Of a DNA stretch of 64,000 nt, positions 40,766-54,227 are shown in pieces (the stretch's first letter is position 1; the number at the start of each line of letters is the position of its first letter). The DNA comes from Octopus vulgaris (taxonomy: Eukaryota). Below the pieces are notes generated by a model. The model did no database searches. It saw nothing but the letters and a program-made list of their open reading frames with translations, and was not told the origin of the DNA. The stretch is from positions 19,468,001 through 19,532,000 of the forward strand of contig OX597821.1 of NCBI GenBank assembly GCA_951406725.2, written 5' to 3'. The position numbers were made by a program, and so were the translations under genes.

Positions 40766-41302
40766 CAGAAGATCTTGAAGCCTAAAGCAAAATTAGGAAT
40801 TAATAAAAAAAAAATCGATAACGTTCGAGGTTTGCTTTTATTAATTTTTGTCTCATGATATGAAAATGTAAAATTCACAGATGTGAACAGCAAGTAAAAG
40901 ATATAGATAACCTAACAAATAAGCATGTGTAGAGAAATATTCAGAAATATTACTTTAGCATTCTTACAATAACGATAAAGTGTCTTAGTTAAACATTGAG
41001 GCAAGGAAAATTTTACAATGAAAACATAACATAATTATAATGTCTAAAACAACTCACGAAATGCTAGTAGCTTCGGGATCTTGGTAGGTTCAGACGTTCA
41101 GTTTACATAAACAAAAAATCTGAGAAAGGAACAGTATTGTTTATAAGGAAATGTAAATGATGAAAATCTGTAGTCAACAACATGGTGTCTTTTGACATCC
41201 TCATGTGTTTATCAAAGTGAGTCGTATATGTATAAAATATAGACATAAACTTTTCGAAACCCATATTCTTAAAGTTGCGCTGTACACGTATATGTAAATA
41301 AG

Positions 41303-41341
<39 letters not shown>

Positions 41342-42320
41342 ATAATATCAAGATGCAGTTGAATAAGGTACTTAAAGGTAAGGCACCGAGTTAGTTTAGA
41401 ATAAAATGCATACACAGCAATTATAGACGAATACCAACATCGGTATAGAAATATTTGCTGAACGATATTGGGGTTATGCATGCAATTAATTGAACAAAAG
41501 TGAATATATTATTAGCCCTTCAGCTGTTCAGAAACGCACATTTTATCCAATACACAGTATATAACATACTTTGAAACAAGCGAGGCGCAGGTCCCAAGAG
41601 AGGAGAATTATAGGATCTTTTCACTTTCACCGGCAGATTAAAAAAATTATGTATTCGTAACTAAACACTTTTAAACTTCGTATACTGGTAGAATATGTCA
41701 CATAAAACATCTTTTTCTCTTGGCATTAATTACAAAAATCGATTCCAGGTTAGAATGCGATCTATAAAACTGTGGGAACGTGCATTAGTACGCGGAAATA
41801 CATCAGCTGTTGCGATCGATACTACGCGTACGCGAGCAAAATGTACGAGCAGTTTGCGCCAAAAAATCATCATGCTTTTCCATCTAGATTTACCTCCAGC
41901 TAACCCATTTGCATGCATCATTTTTGCCCTGCTTTTCTTCCGCCAACCTGCACATAACTGGCACCTTCCATTTTTTGTTGTTTTTGTACTGCCTAAAGGC
42001 ACGTTTCTTTCCTTCCAAGCTAACTGTTTAAACCATGTTTGTGTTCTCCCAGTCAACAGCCTTATCATTACTGGTACTTTAAACTCTTCGGTTGCATATT
42101 TCTTCTTCTTCTTCTTGTTGCTTTGGTTTTGTCGACTACACACTATAGTAGGGTTATTATTTGAGCACCGTCTGTGAAAAAGATAGCACCATGATGCAAT
42201 TCCCTCTGCCAAAAATTTGAAAACGACATTTTGTACTGCTTGGCATCCGCACCGAATTCTCCAACACGAACAGTTCACGATCAATCTGAGAACAGTGCAA
42301 TTTGAGGACGTGTACTGAGA

Positions 42321-42740
42321 GTGATAAAAATCAAAGATCCTGTCAACATCAAGGTGTTTGGAGTGATCACTAATAACGGCGATGTTATACCTCCATTCAT
42401 CTTCCCACACGGCCTCAGAAACAACACAGATGCCTACATCAAGTGCCTAGTGGTATTACTGCTGCTCTGGGTCAATAGGTCAGCTGCTGGAAAACCCTAT
42501 GTCTGGTAATACGATTGTGCACCATGTTAGACAAGCAGGCGTACCCAGTCATGGTTATCAGACAATTTCTGCGACCACATCACATCTAACAATTGGCCAC
42601 CTAACTCCCCAGACTGCAACGCCCTTGAGTACCATGGGTGGAGCGCAGTGGAGCGAGAGACCAACAAAGCACCAAAGATGAACTGAGGCAAGGAGTATGT
42701 CAATAATCACCAACTTAAACAAAGAGACCTTCCAGGGGAA
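42321..42740 (+). pseudogene. Tc1/mariner-superfamily (maT-like) transposase C-terminal fragment
   Basis: KDPVNIKVFGVITNNGDVIPPFIFPHGL..YIKCL..PYVW*YDCAPC..TQSWLSDNF..WPPNSPDCN. Confidence 0.75.
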
Positions 42741-42999
42741 ATTTTTAATATAATGTTGGCAAATATACCTGTTAAAATGAGGTGCGCACTCTTCTATTTC
42801 AACTATCTCTTCTCTGTCTGTCTATCTCTCTCTCTTCTTCTTCATCCTTTCTGGTTTTCTCTCCCACCCTTCCCAATTCTTCCCCTCTCCTCTTCACCGT
42901 TCCCTCTCTTTCACTCTTCCTCCTTGACTTTCTCGTCGCTGACACGTGACGAAACAGAATCTATCTTATGCCAATTTCCTTCCTAAAGACAGCATTTGC

Positions 43000-43345
43000 T
43001 TATACCTGTCTGCTCTCAAAAGCTCGTCTTTCTAGTGTTCATAATATTTTTTCTATTGTCTTTGTTTTTAGTGTCTTGTTCTCACTGTCTTGTTCACCCT
43101 CCGCAAAAGTCCCAAATTTTTATTTAATTTCCGTTGCAGGAAGGACTGTTTCAATGAAGTCGCGTATTGCCCTTGCCTTCGTAATGCGGAGGGACAATTG
43201 ATGAAGGGGAATATTCTTTATGTTGTATGTCTCGTTTCTCTGGCTTTTTTTCGTTATTCGAAAAAAACGTTCGTTTTCTATGTTTTTGTTTTTATGTTTT
43301 CGTTTCTCATTGTGTTCAACGTTTTTTTGATGTCCTGTACCTATA
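43000..43345 (+). mobile_element. Dispersed repeat family D (other copies at about 44676-44900 on - and 47750-47970 on +), ending at TA-rich repeats
   Basis: Shared CCAAATTTTATTT, ACAA(C/T)T(G/A)ATGAAG and TTCTTTAT motifs, followed by a T/G-rich tail. Confidence 0.55.
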
Positions 43346-43799
43346 TATACACATATATATATACATATATATGTAGGTATGTACGAATATGTATGTATAT
43401 ATGCATATATTTATATATTATTTATATTATTATATATATGTATACTTCATGCTCAGAGATACTATTCTTTAAAAATAAGTTACGCTCACTAAACCCACCA
43501 TCAGACTTTGGTGACTTAGAGATCAAAATTTTTCTATCATCTATCAAAATTTCCGTGGATTCATTGATTACTCTTGTATTAGGTAGTATTATAAGTTCTG
43601 AAGCCAAGGTGTGTAGAAGAATCTCTATTTAGGAAAATGTTTAAAATTTCTTGATGCATGAATAAACTTGTACGTAATGAGGTGTATATATTCGGATATA
43701 TATGAGTGGCTCACATTATATTAAACAATAAATTACAAAAATCATACAGAGGCCCGACAACATAATGAAAAGCTTACGGACATTCCCTTTCTTCTCCAG

Positions 43800-43932
43800 G
43801 TTTTGCCCAAGAGATCATTTCAAGTGCACGTCTTTAACGATAATATTGTGCAATGTGAATGGAGTAAACAGCGAAACGCCGCTGGGAACAGAGAGCGAAC
43901 AAGGACGACAGTGGCTAGAACAGAAACAACAG
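43800..43932 (+). other. Candidate isolated 133-nt exon of an unidentified transcript
   Basis: Acceptor TTCCCTTTCTTCTCCAG|G and donor CAG|GTAAAT. Two frames are open, with no recognisable protein. Confidence 0.25.
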
Positions 43933-46900
43933 GTAAATGTGAATATACGAACGAAATAAGTATACAATATACAAACAAAATAAAAGCTGTGCGTCTCCCA
44001 GGCAAGACATGTATGAGTAATGCTATGGAAAATATCCTATAGGACTGTAAACAATAACAGGAGAGATAGAAATATTGGACGAAATGTGTAAAAAGTAAAT
44101 CCTGTTTTGAAATTAAGAAAGAGAATAAGATGCCGAGTGATGCGTGATTAAACAAGTTGGCGATTAAGCGGAGAAAATTAAGGTTAGACAGAGACATAGG
44201 AATGATCACGAGTCAAATTTTAGTGGGTGGTAAGAGAAATAATGTGGAGGGCAGAGTGAGAGAAAGCCACAGAGACGAAAGTTGGTGAGAGAGGAAGGGT
44301 GGGAGAGGAAGGGAAAAGAGAAAGACACGTCGCCTAGAAAATTTCTACTATATAAGGTGACAAGATGCCTGGCGTTATATTAAATAAGTTACAAAATGTA
44401 AACAGAAGCACAAAGGTACGATCACTCACAAATACATACGCACATGCACACACACACACACACACCTACACACACACGCAAACACACACACACACACAAG
44501 CTTGGAGTTTACTTCCCAACCACAGGGGCTCCCAACCATCATTGCTACGTAGTAGAGGAAGTTCTACTGAAGTATCAGGCCGAGCAAAGTCCGCCTTATA
44601 TAAATAATAATAATAATAATAATAATAATATTGGTGACGTCCAATACCAATATATACATATATATATGCATATACGGGTATTGGACGTCACCAACAGTAA
44701 ACAACATGAAATACGAAAACAAATGAGTTCAATACGCAAATAACGAGGGAAACAAATAGAAAACAGTGCAAATAAAGAATGATTCTTCATCAGTTGTCAG
44801 CTGTCTATCTTCTCCTCATTTCGAGCATTGAGCGACAGTATGAGTCTTCGACGCTAGTTGCTCCCATAAGTACCAAAATAAAATTTGGGACCTATGGAGG
44901 GTCAATGTTGGGAACAAAAACAGGACAGTGGAGACATACAAGGAAGCCGAACGAAAACAAACACGGAGAGTCGTTAGACCCGAACAAAGATAAAATAGCG
45001 AACGCTGGAAAAATGTTTTCTTTGACACCTTATGACTGAGAAAAGCTCAAAAATTATTTGCCAGAGATCCCAAGTCAGTTTATCATAGCTTCAAAGCCAA
45101 CGGGTCAAACTTTGGGTAAGACAACCTCACAAAAGCTCGGTTTGAGGGCTAGTTGATATCTAAATGATAAATCTAGCAAACAAGCTGTATGGCTAAAAGA
45201 AATGGAGCAGGACTACTTCCAGAATTTTTATCGTATCGAAAATGAACTTAAGTTAAATTAAACATTTCACAACTCTATTCAACATTTTGAGTAGTATATT
45301 AGGTAAAGCTTGTACTACGTAAAATAAATTTTTACAATACTTACAACTCTTACATTTCGATATATACATTTATGTATATATATATATATTCACACACACA
45401 CACACATATATATATATGTGTGTGTATATACATATATGTGTGTGTGTGTGTGATTGTGTGTATATCTATGTATGCATATATGCATGTGTATACAACTATA
45501 CAAACATGTTTGAGTCTGTGTGAGTACAAATTTCTTTGTGAGCTTGTCTGTGTTTGTGGGTGTCTGCAAATGTTGCTATGCGTTTACAAGGAACCATTAT
45601 TAGAAAGATTACAAAGAATAAGTATGTACATGGAAGTAACAAAGAAAATAGGCAACCTAATATCTCATTAAGATTCAGAAGATATTGTTTTAAGTCAATA
45701 AATGCTTTCATCTTAAAATGTAGGTAACATCGGCCATTTTTCAGCAGACGACACGACTAAGTGGATAAATGGAAGTATTTTATAGCTCATAACGCCAGTA
45801 AAACTGAGTTCGATCGATAATAAGGTAGATCATTAAATAGACCGATTGGTTGTTAGATAGCTAAATAGGCTGGTTGGTAGGTAAATAAATAGAGACCGGG
45901 GTAAATAGATAGATATGAAGATAGACGGAGAGAAAGAAATATATCAAGATTGTGAGACGAAAGAAAAAAATAAGTAGTCTTGTTATGTAGATGTATTTTT
46001 CAGACAGACGCACCAACAGTTAGAGACAATAATACATAGCTTCACATACATATATATACATGTGTGTATATATATGTCTTACCACACAGCCACACTTAAT
46101 ACATACACACAGACACACTCATATATACGGGGAACGAGACTGATAAGGATGTATAAAGAGTTAAAGGGATAGATACAGACAGAAAGAGAAAACGAGGTTA
46201 TCTCATTAATAGGTAGGTATCAATCTAGACAGAATTTCCAATTTAATTACATAGATTGGAATATTTGGAAAAACAGATATACAGAATGTCGAAGATAGGT
46301 AGAGTGATCTAAAGATAGATAGTTAGTGAGATCGATAAGTAGAAAGATAAACGATACATATGTGTGTGTGTGTTTGTGTGTGTTGTTCTGAAGCTTCTTA
46401 TCAACCACGCCTGCGCGTATGCAATACTTGAAAATAACATGTGTTGTATCTTGTGGTCGTATCCGAACCCTCTCCCAGGTGATATGACTTACGTTGATGA
46501 AGCCTCGGCATATACTCAAATGGCATTTTACTGACACTACTTGTGTCTGCGTTTGTCCTCACCACCCCTTAACAACTAGTGTTGGTGCGTTTAGATTCCC
46601 GTGAACTAGCAGTTCGGCGGCGACTTGAATAAACCGATCGAACGAGTACAAAGCTTCTGCAGAGTGCCACACATTGGGATTGAAACCGGAACAATGTGGT
46701 TGAGAAGCAAACATCTTACCACACAGCCACACCTAATATATATGTTTTTCTTTATTTCTTTGTTAGGAGAAAGGGACATATTCTAACTAAAGAAGCCGAC
46801 TGAATTTCAATAATCCTGCATGTACACATTTTATAAGAGACTTGTATATTTTTGCTGCCTCTCGTACATAAAGATTGAATACATGTTTTCGCGTTTAATG

Positions 46901-47488
46901 GTCCCATTAATTTTTTTCTATAGCCAGAGACTTTACAGAATATTTCTTAAAGACTAAGGAAAAGGACTAACGTCACACACCTGTGACCTCTTGAGAGACA
47001 CCTCTATCCCATGTGTCTCTTCCTTTTCTGTTTCTCTTCCTTTTCTGTTTATTCCATTCTGACAGAACAAGAAGAGGCACGCGAGATAGAACTGTCGATG
47101 AAGGGGTCACAAGTGTGTGACGGAAGATTTCCTGACAATGGATATAAAATAGCATATGAACAAAATTAACCAGTATTTTAATTAGATAAAGGAAGTGGTG
47201 ATGATACATGCATGTTTCATATCTGTTTTTCTTTAAGTGTAATAGCAATATCAAAGTACTGTTTACCTTCATATGTATCTTCAGGCAAAGGCAATGTGGA
47301 CAAGAAAATATAGCGGCTGCTTACACATATCAATCGGTATGTATGAATATATGCATATTATATGTATATATGTATGTGCACTTGTATGTACTTATATTTT
47401 TAAGAGTATGTATATATGTATATATGCATATATATACTTATATAAATCTATTTATTTACATACACGTATGCATATATGCATATATATA

Positions 47489-47579
<91 letters not shown>

Positions 47580-48033
47580 TATATTATTATATGATTGAAC
47601 GGCACGCATCCTCTTCCAAGTAAATTTTATTTTAATAATTCTGATGTGCAAGCTACACGATCTTTTTACTCTTTCGTTTTTCTCTCTTTTTCTCTCCCTT
47701 ATTCTTTTTGGCTCCTCTTCTCCCACTATTCTATCCTATTACCTATTTTGACCATCCGCAAAATACCAAATTTTATTTAATTTGCCTTGCGGGAGCAACT
47801 GTTTTATCGAAAGCGTATATTGTTGTTAAATGCTCGAAATACGAGACTAGAAAACAGTCAACAACTAATGAAGGGTCGTTCTTTATATTTGTTTTGGTTT
47901 CTATTTGTGTGGTTCGTTGTTCCATGTAGTTGTGCTTCGTACTTTATCGTTGCACGTGTTTCATGACTTCGTGTGCACACAATAATATGCATACACATAT
48001 ATGTATATATATATATGCACACAATAATATGCA

Positions 48034-48102
<69 letters not shown>

Positions 48103-48334
48103 GAGCGGCTAAGCTCGGTTGGTTTCACCCGGTCTGTTTGGATGATGTGTTCGTGATGATTGACGTATTTGTACGTAGTTGGTTTCTAAGAGTTATTCTA
48201 TTGACCTCTGTCTAATCATCTAAACATTGATCTACTTATGAACATAATCCCTTTGTAAGCAGTTGTACCCGTAACAAATTTTATTTGCAGGGAGCAGAAA
48301 TTGAAAGAACGTATATAAAATGGACTTGTGTGTA

Positions 48335-48375
<41 letters not shown>

Positions 48376-48982
48376 GTGCTTGCGCGTGTGTATGTGAGAG
48401 AGGAAGAGGGTGACAAAGAGAGATAGAGTTACGATAGTTGAATTCTGGAAAATATTCTTAAATTTTTGAAATGCAAATATGTGAATGAAAATTAAGTTCA
48501 GATCTCTACATGTAAGCTAGACCTGTTAGAAATAACTGCCAAATCTCCCTCAAAACACCCTACTGTCTTAATCCGACAACTCCGCCTATTCTGTAATTTG
48601 AATGAGAAACTGTAAGTAAAGATTAAGATTATTAACCCCACAAAGAGGGGAAAGAAGAGAGACAACATAGCGAAAGTTTTGACTCACTGTCATCCTGTAC
48701 GCCCCTCGTTGCTAGCGAAATGGTATATGCGGGATGTGTGAGCAACGGGTTGTTTTAATGGCGGAACAAACTGGAATTCCATTAGAAACGTTTTAATCAA
48801 TTCTCTCGGTAAGTATGGTGGGGTAGGAAAAATACAAAGCGCATTCCAATCTACGCACCCGTCCCCACATGAGTTCCATTTTTCATGCGAATCCACCCAA
48901 CCGTTTGGCGGTGAACCTCAAGACAAGAAAGAATACAACAATCGCCCATGTCTAATTTATATTATGTTATATATATCATATA

Positions 48983-49040
<58 letters not shown>

Positions 49041-49046
<6 letters not shown>

Positions 49047-49365
49047 TTAAAATTACTAAGTCTCTTTAAAAGAGATTACGACAGCGTTTCTGGAAATTAA
49101 TAGTTATCGCCATACTAATATGGCATTCTTAAAAATAAGAATAAAGCTGTCGCTGATTAGCTCCATGAGAAGGGGCAACAACCCTGAAACATGTCTGTAG
49201 CTGTCGGACTAGCAGATTGAAGCGGCTGACCTCCACTGTTCGAAGGTTTAATTACGGACGCAGTTTGTGTGTCAAGTAGCTAGCTTGAGGCGATGGCTTC
49301 ATGGAGCTAATCAGCGACAGCTTTATTCTTATTTTTAAGAATGCCATATTAGTATGGCGATAACT
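49041..49365. mobile_element. Family A hammerhead retroelement, diverged second locus (short direct segment plus inverted segment) in (TA)n
   Basis: Homologous to 7179-7309 and 7333-7535. The inversion junction is again at the ribozyme core: UGAGAA GGGG-CAACAA-CCCU GAAA-CAUG-UC UGUAGC (49166-49201). Confidence 0.8.
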
Positions 49366-49399
49366 ATATATATATAATATAATATATATATATGTGCGT

Positions 49400-49632
49400 G
49401 TGTGTGCGTTTGTGTGTCTGTATTTGTCCCACTCCAACCACCATCGCTTGACAACCGATGGTGGTGTGACTACGTCCCTGTACTTAGCGGTTCGGCAAAA
49501 GAGATCGTTAGAATAAGTAGTAGGCTTACAAAGAATAAATCATTGGGTCTATTTGTTCGACTAAAGGTGGTGCTCCAGTATGGCTGCGGTCAAATGACTG
49601 AAACAAATAAGAGAATAAAAGAATAATAGAAT
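49400..49632 (+). mobile_element. SINE family 2, 3' half
   Basis: GCTTGACAACCGATG..TTAGCGGTTCGGCAAAAGAGA..AGAATAAGTA, with an AAGAAT tail. Confidence 0.75.
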
Positions 49633-49766
49633 ATATGTACTTTAAAGGTAAAGCTGCAAAATGATCGCAAAACTATCACAAAAACTGGTACGCATAGTTT
49701 CACGTACGAATTCGACGGTAGTGTTTTCTCCCAACTTGTTTGACATTCAACTGCTTACACTGACCA

Positions 49767-49820
<54 letters not shown>

Positions 49821-50674
49821 ATATATATATATAAACTACTTATGTGGAAAATCGTTATGTGTTTGTTTGTGACATTGTTAGCTAACTCCTCCTACATCTT
49901 TTTATTGATTTTGATGAAACTTGACACGTGAGTAAAACTCATACCTGGAAACCTCGTGACATACTTCGTTGGTTGAAAAAAAATCGATATTAGTGCCTTT
50001 CGAATGGATCCTTCTATCAACTACATTTTACTAATATTTTATTTAAACAACCAAAGGGAAATAACCCATACCATATGCAGACATTAGAGAAGTGATCAAT
50101 ATTTGATTCTCACGAACAGCCGACCTAATTTTGCACTTCACTAATCACAGTTTTGAACTGCTAAACATTATTATTGCACGTCCTTAATTTAAATCTTAAA
50201 CCTTAAAGACTTTATTCATACATACTTTTTTGAATGCCCATTGTTCCGATAATTGTGCACTTTTGCAATTACACTTTTTCCATGACAGTAGATAAATATT
50301 TTATTCAACAGCGTATTTGTAGTGGCTTCATGCAGGCATAGTGTGGATTCGATCCTCGTTTGCCAAATTTCACTTAACAACTCAATAGCGTTTTTCTCAC
50401 GGTAAAACAATACTTTTTTCTCTCAATGAGAGCAGTTATACATTTCCCAGATTCCGTCACTAAGCAGAATAATGTCTTTGCCTCTTGCCAACCTCCAACA
50501 ATCTCCTCATCCTCCAGCTGACAGAATTTTGTACTTTTTCGTGACAGAAAAATACACCTTTTGTCGCAGTTATAACGAAATCGCTTTCTTCTATCAGAGT
50601 AAAAAGGCGTTTCCTTATAACATATTTACTCCCGAGAATTACCGTGTACACCGGCTGTGTATATATATGTAATT

Positions 50675-50924
50675 CTTTTATTCTTTACTTTGTTCCAATT
50701 ATTTGACTGAGGCCATGCTAGAGTACCGCCTATCTTAGGCGAACAAATTGACTCCAGGACATATCCTTTGTTAGCCTAGTACTTATTGTGTCGGTTTCTT
50801 TGCCGAACCGGAAAGACACCGACATCGGTTATCAAGTGATGGTATTGGGACAAACAGACACGCAAATATACATATATACATTATATATATATATATATAT
50901 ATATATACATACAAATATATATTT

Positions 50925-50982
<58 letters not shown>

Positions 50983-50987
50983 TATTT

Positions 50988-51040
<53 letters not shown>

Positions 51041-51072
51041 ACGGGCTTCTTTCAGTTTCCGTTTACCAAATT
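50675..51072 (-). mobile_element. SINE family 2 fragment with expanded (TA)n
   Basis: TTTGCCGAACCG and ACGGGCTTCTTTCAGTTTCCGTTTACCAAA match the 61630-62077 copy. Confidence 0.7.
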
Positions 51073-51226
51073 CGATGCATATATGTATATATTTATGTAC
51101 ACGTATATATTTATGTGCCTACTTCTTGTTCATCTCGCTCTCTCGATATACATATCTGTATCTATCTATCTATATCTATCTATCTATGTATCTATCTATC
51201 TATCTATCTATCTATGTATCTATCTA

Positions 51227-51276
<50 letters not shown>

Positions 51277-51379
51277 CGTGTGTCTGCGTCTCTGTCTGTG
51301 CACGAACATGCATATATACATACATATACATATATATGTATATATATATATACACATATATATGTATATATATATACAA

Positions 51380-51412
<33 letters not shown>

Positions 51413-52929
51413 ATATGACTGAGAAATAGTGTCTACGATATTAAGCTTCTACATAATAAAAAGCAGCGCTGGAATTACTACATAACACAATTTAGAAAGA
51501 TTATAGTCAAACTTTGCTGTAATAACTTCAGACATAGCACCATCTTTTATTTATTATTTAATTATTTATCTTTTTGCACACATCATGATTCTTTAATATC
51601 CTCTGTGTTTTTATTATGGAAAGATGGAGAAAGATGCACTCATTCTACAGCTAAGCTTATCTTTACATCCGTAGCTGTGTTCTTTTATGTGTCCCCTCTA
51701 TACCTTTAGTACCTGCCTTGTGTTTAAAAAACAATGAATATAGCTTTGGTGTTTATTCAATAGAGGAAAGTACTGAAACAATGCAATCTTGTCTGAGAAA
51801 ACCGGGGCCACGCCTCTGTAAGAGATTGTAGCAGAACACTGATATTCTGCTAGGGTAGCCATATCGATGGGGGCGGAGGTAACATAATTAATACACTAAA
51901 TTTTACCTATAGTTGTAATAATATTATATATTATAAAACTAGAAATGGTTGTTAAAACGAAGTGAGATCTCAACAGGCACAGGGTAATCATTAACTTTCA
52001 ATCTTTCTCCATATTAATTTTTATATAATTTCACCATCTAACAATTTATACAATACATTTGTTGAGTAAAATTCGTAACTTATAAGTTAAGTTAGTTTAG
52101 TCGTGAGTACTGGGCATAACAACAGACGGGACACAGCAATAACTGATTACACTCGGGAACTGCAGATCATTCTATTAAACTGTAGATACTTATCTAATTA
52201 AGCTATATTAAAAACAAAACACAAATTAAGAACCAACACAGGAACCTATCAGCCGGGGACTATATTATGAAAGTAATCAAGAATCGTTAAACATTTTAAA
52301 TATTTCGAATGTGATATTATCGTTGACAACAGGGTCCCATGATTGTTTTCTCTCTACTATCAAAGCGTGGCAATATTGTCGCTACTATTTTTCCAGGCAT
52401 AATGTATAGGAGATATAGATCAGTGGAATGATGATCATATTGTTTCACCAGAAATAATTCAAGATCAACAAAACCGATGACGGAACCTCTATTCCCGCTT
52501 GTTTCTGGATTTGTTTTGCGCTGAAATATTATAATTGTGAAAACATTTGTAATGTATTGAAATAGAGGAGAATTTATGTTGTAGACAAGTGTTAGCAGTG
52601 ATTGATGTTGACATAAGATGAACAGAATGGAGAAGAATATACTGAATGAAGAACCCAGAAAAGTATGTCCCTGACAAAGGCCAAGCACATATTAATTGAA
52701 CTGATCTTCTCAGCCGAAAATATAGAATGTATAAAAATACTCACAACCACGCGTGTATACCTACATACCGACATACACACACAGAGGCACGCACACTCGC
52801 ACAGACACATACACACACACGCACAAACACATACACACATACACATAAATCTGTAATAAAACAGACTCCAAAAGACTGCTGTTTGTCTGTGCTGGCATGA
52901 CAATTTAGGAGATATTTAGGAATAGTACT

Positions 52930-53870
52930 AAAATTTGGACAGTGAACTTGCTGTGGGGTTTGCAAAGTCCAAAGTTTCCAGTAGGTTCCTTTGAGCTAAC
53001 ATGAAAAATGAAAAGATATGTGCAGTACGCAGTGATTTCAAAAGTTTTAAGAGTTTGAAGAGAAATTGAATACAAGTTTTGATGGAACTGTCTGCCTCTG
53101 ACGGAATTCTTTCAACTGTATGAAAGATAGAAAAATAAATATTTAAAATTTTGGACAATGTAAAGCGACGGAAATTCGCCAGTTGGCCCAAAACATTATC
53201 CATGATGATCCTGATAAAGCAATGAGCGCTGATGCCAAAAAGCTTCAGATGTTTGATGGACTTTGCTGCACGAATCCATTCGATCAGTGCCAAGTGGTTA
53301 TTTTGTCCGATGAGATAAACTTCAAGCAAGACCAAACATTTAACTCGAGTGATGACAGATGACGATATGCAAATAGTTCTGATGTCTCCAAATTGAGTCA
53401 CAGCAGGTTTCCAGCGATTGTGATAGCTTCAGGAGTGATGAGTAAAATTTGTTGTGTCATTCCAGCTTATATCTTTCTTGACAGTTTAAGAATTAGTTCT
53501 CTTGGTATGTTGGGATGCTGAAGTCAATGAACGATGTATGCACCGGAAAGCCACATTGTATTTCAAAACGACTCACCATTTTCTTCTGAGAATCACATAA
53601 TGCGGCGAGAATGGATGTCGGACAACATTTACGAGCATGTTACACCAACATTGTAACCTCCAAACTCGACAGATTTATTTCCAGAGAACTACTACTTTTA
53701 CTACTACTGCTGACCTCCGAAATGAATAAAGATCTTTCAATCTCGGCATGTGAAAGGCTCGAAGCCGACAGTACTGCATTCATGGAAGTTAAATGCAGAT
53801 TTAGAGGATAAATTTTATCGAAATTTTATCGGTAACATGTGCACAAAACTTAATTAAAATTTGTTTTTTT
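52930..53870 (+). pseudogene. Degenerate Tc1/mariner-superfamily transposase
   Basis: VVILSDEINF (FSDE-type motif, about 53295-53325), FPAIVIASGVMS, WMSDNIYEHVTPTL*PPNSTDL. Resembles the 42321 fragment. Confidence 0.5.
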
Positions 53871-53923
53871 TAACGATGAGTTGTGCTTTATGGAATGAAA
53901 AATGCATAAGCAAATAAATTTTC

Positions 53924-54015
<92 letters not shown>

Positions 54016-54032
54016 ATGCACACACACAAACA

Positions 54033-54076
<44 letters not shown>

Positions 54077-54152
54077 TATATATATACATATGTATACATA
54101 TATGTCATATGCATATATATATATATATGTATATAAAGACGTATGCATCTAA

Positions 54153-54226
<74 letters not shown>

Positions 54227-54227
<1 letters not shown>

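Noticed and set aside
41730-42320. 226-aa minus-strand ORF with RCQLC motif (possible piggyBac C-terminal remnant)
   Set aside because: The ORF partly overlaps the antisense of the Tc1-like fragment. I see no catalytic motif or TTAA-bounded terminus, so I cannot support the call without a profile search.
49830-50660. Possible Helitron-like 5' end and Merlin-like transposase remnant
   Set aside because: Only vague motif resemblance, with no matching terminus found.
52317-52760. Minus-strand ORFs as host exons (also 12245-12583, 43422-43607 and 46973-47272)
   Set aside because: No recognisable homology and no consistent splice-site pairs or phases linking them.
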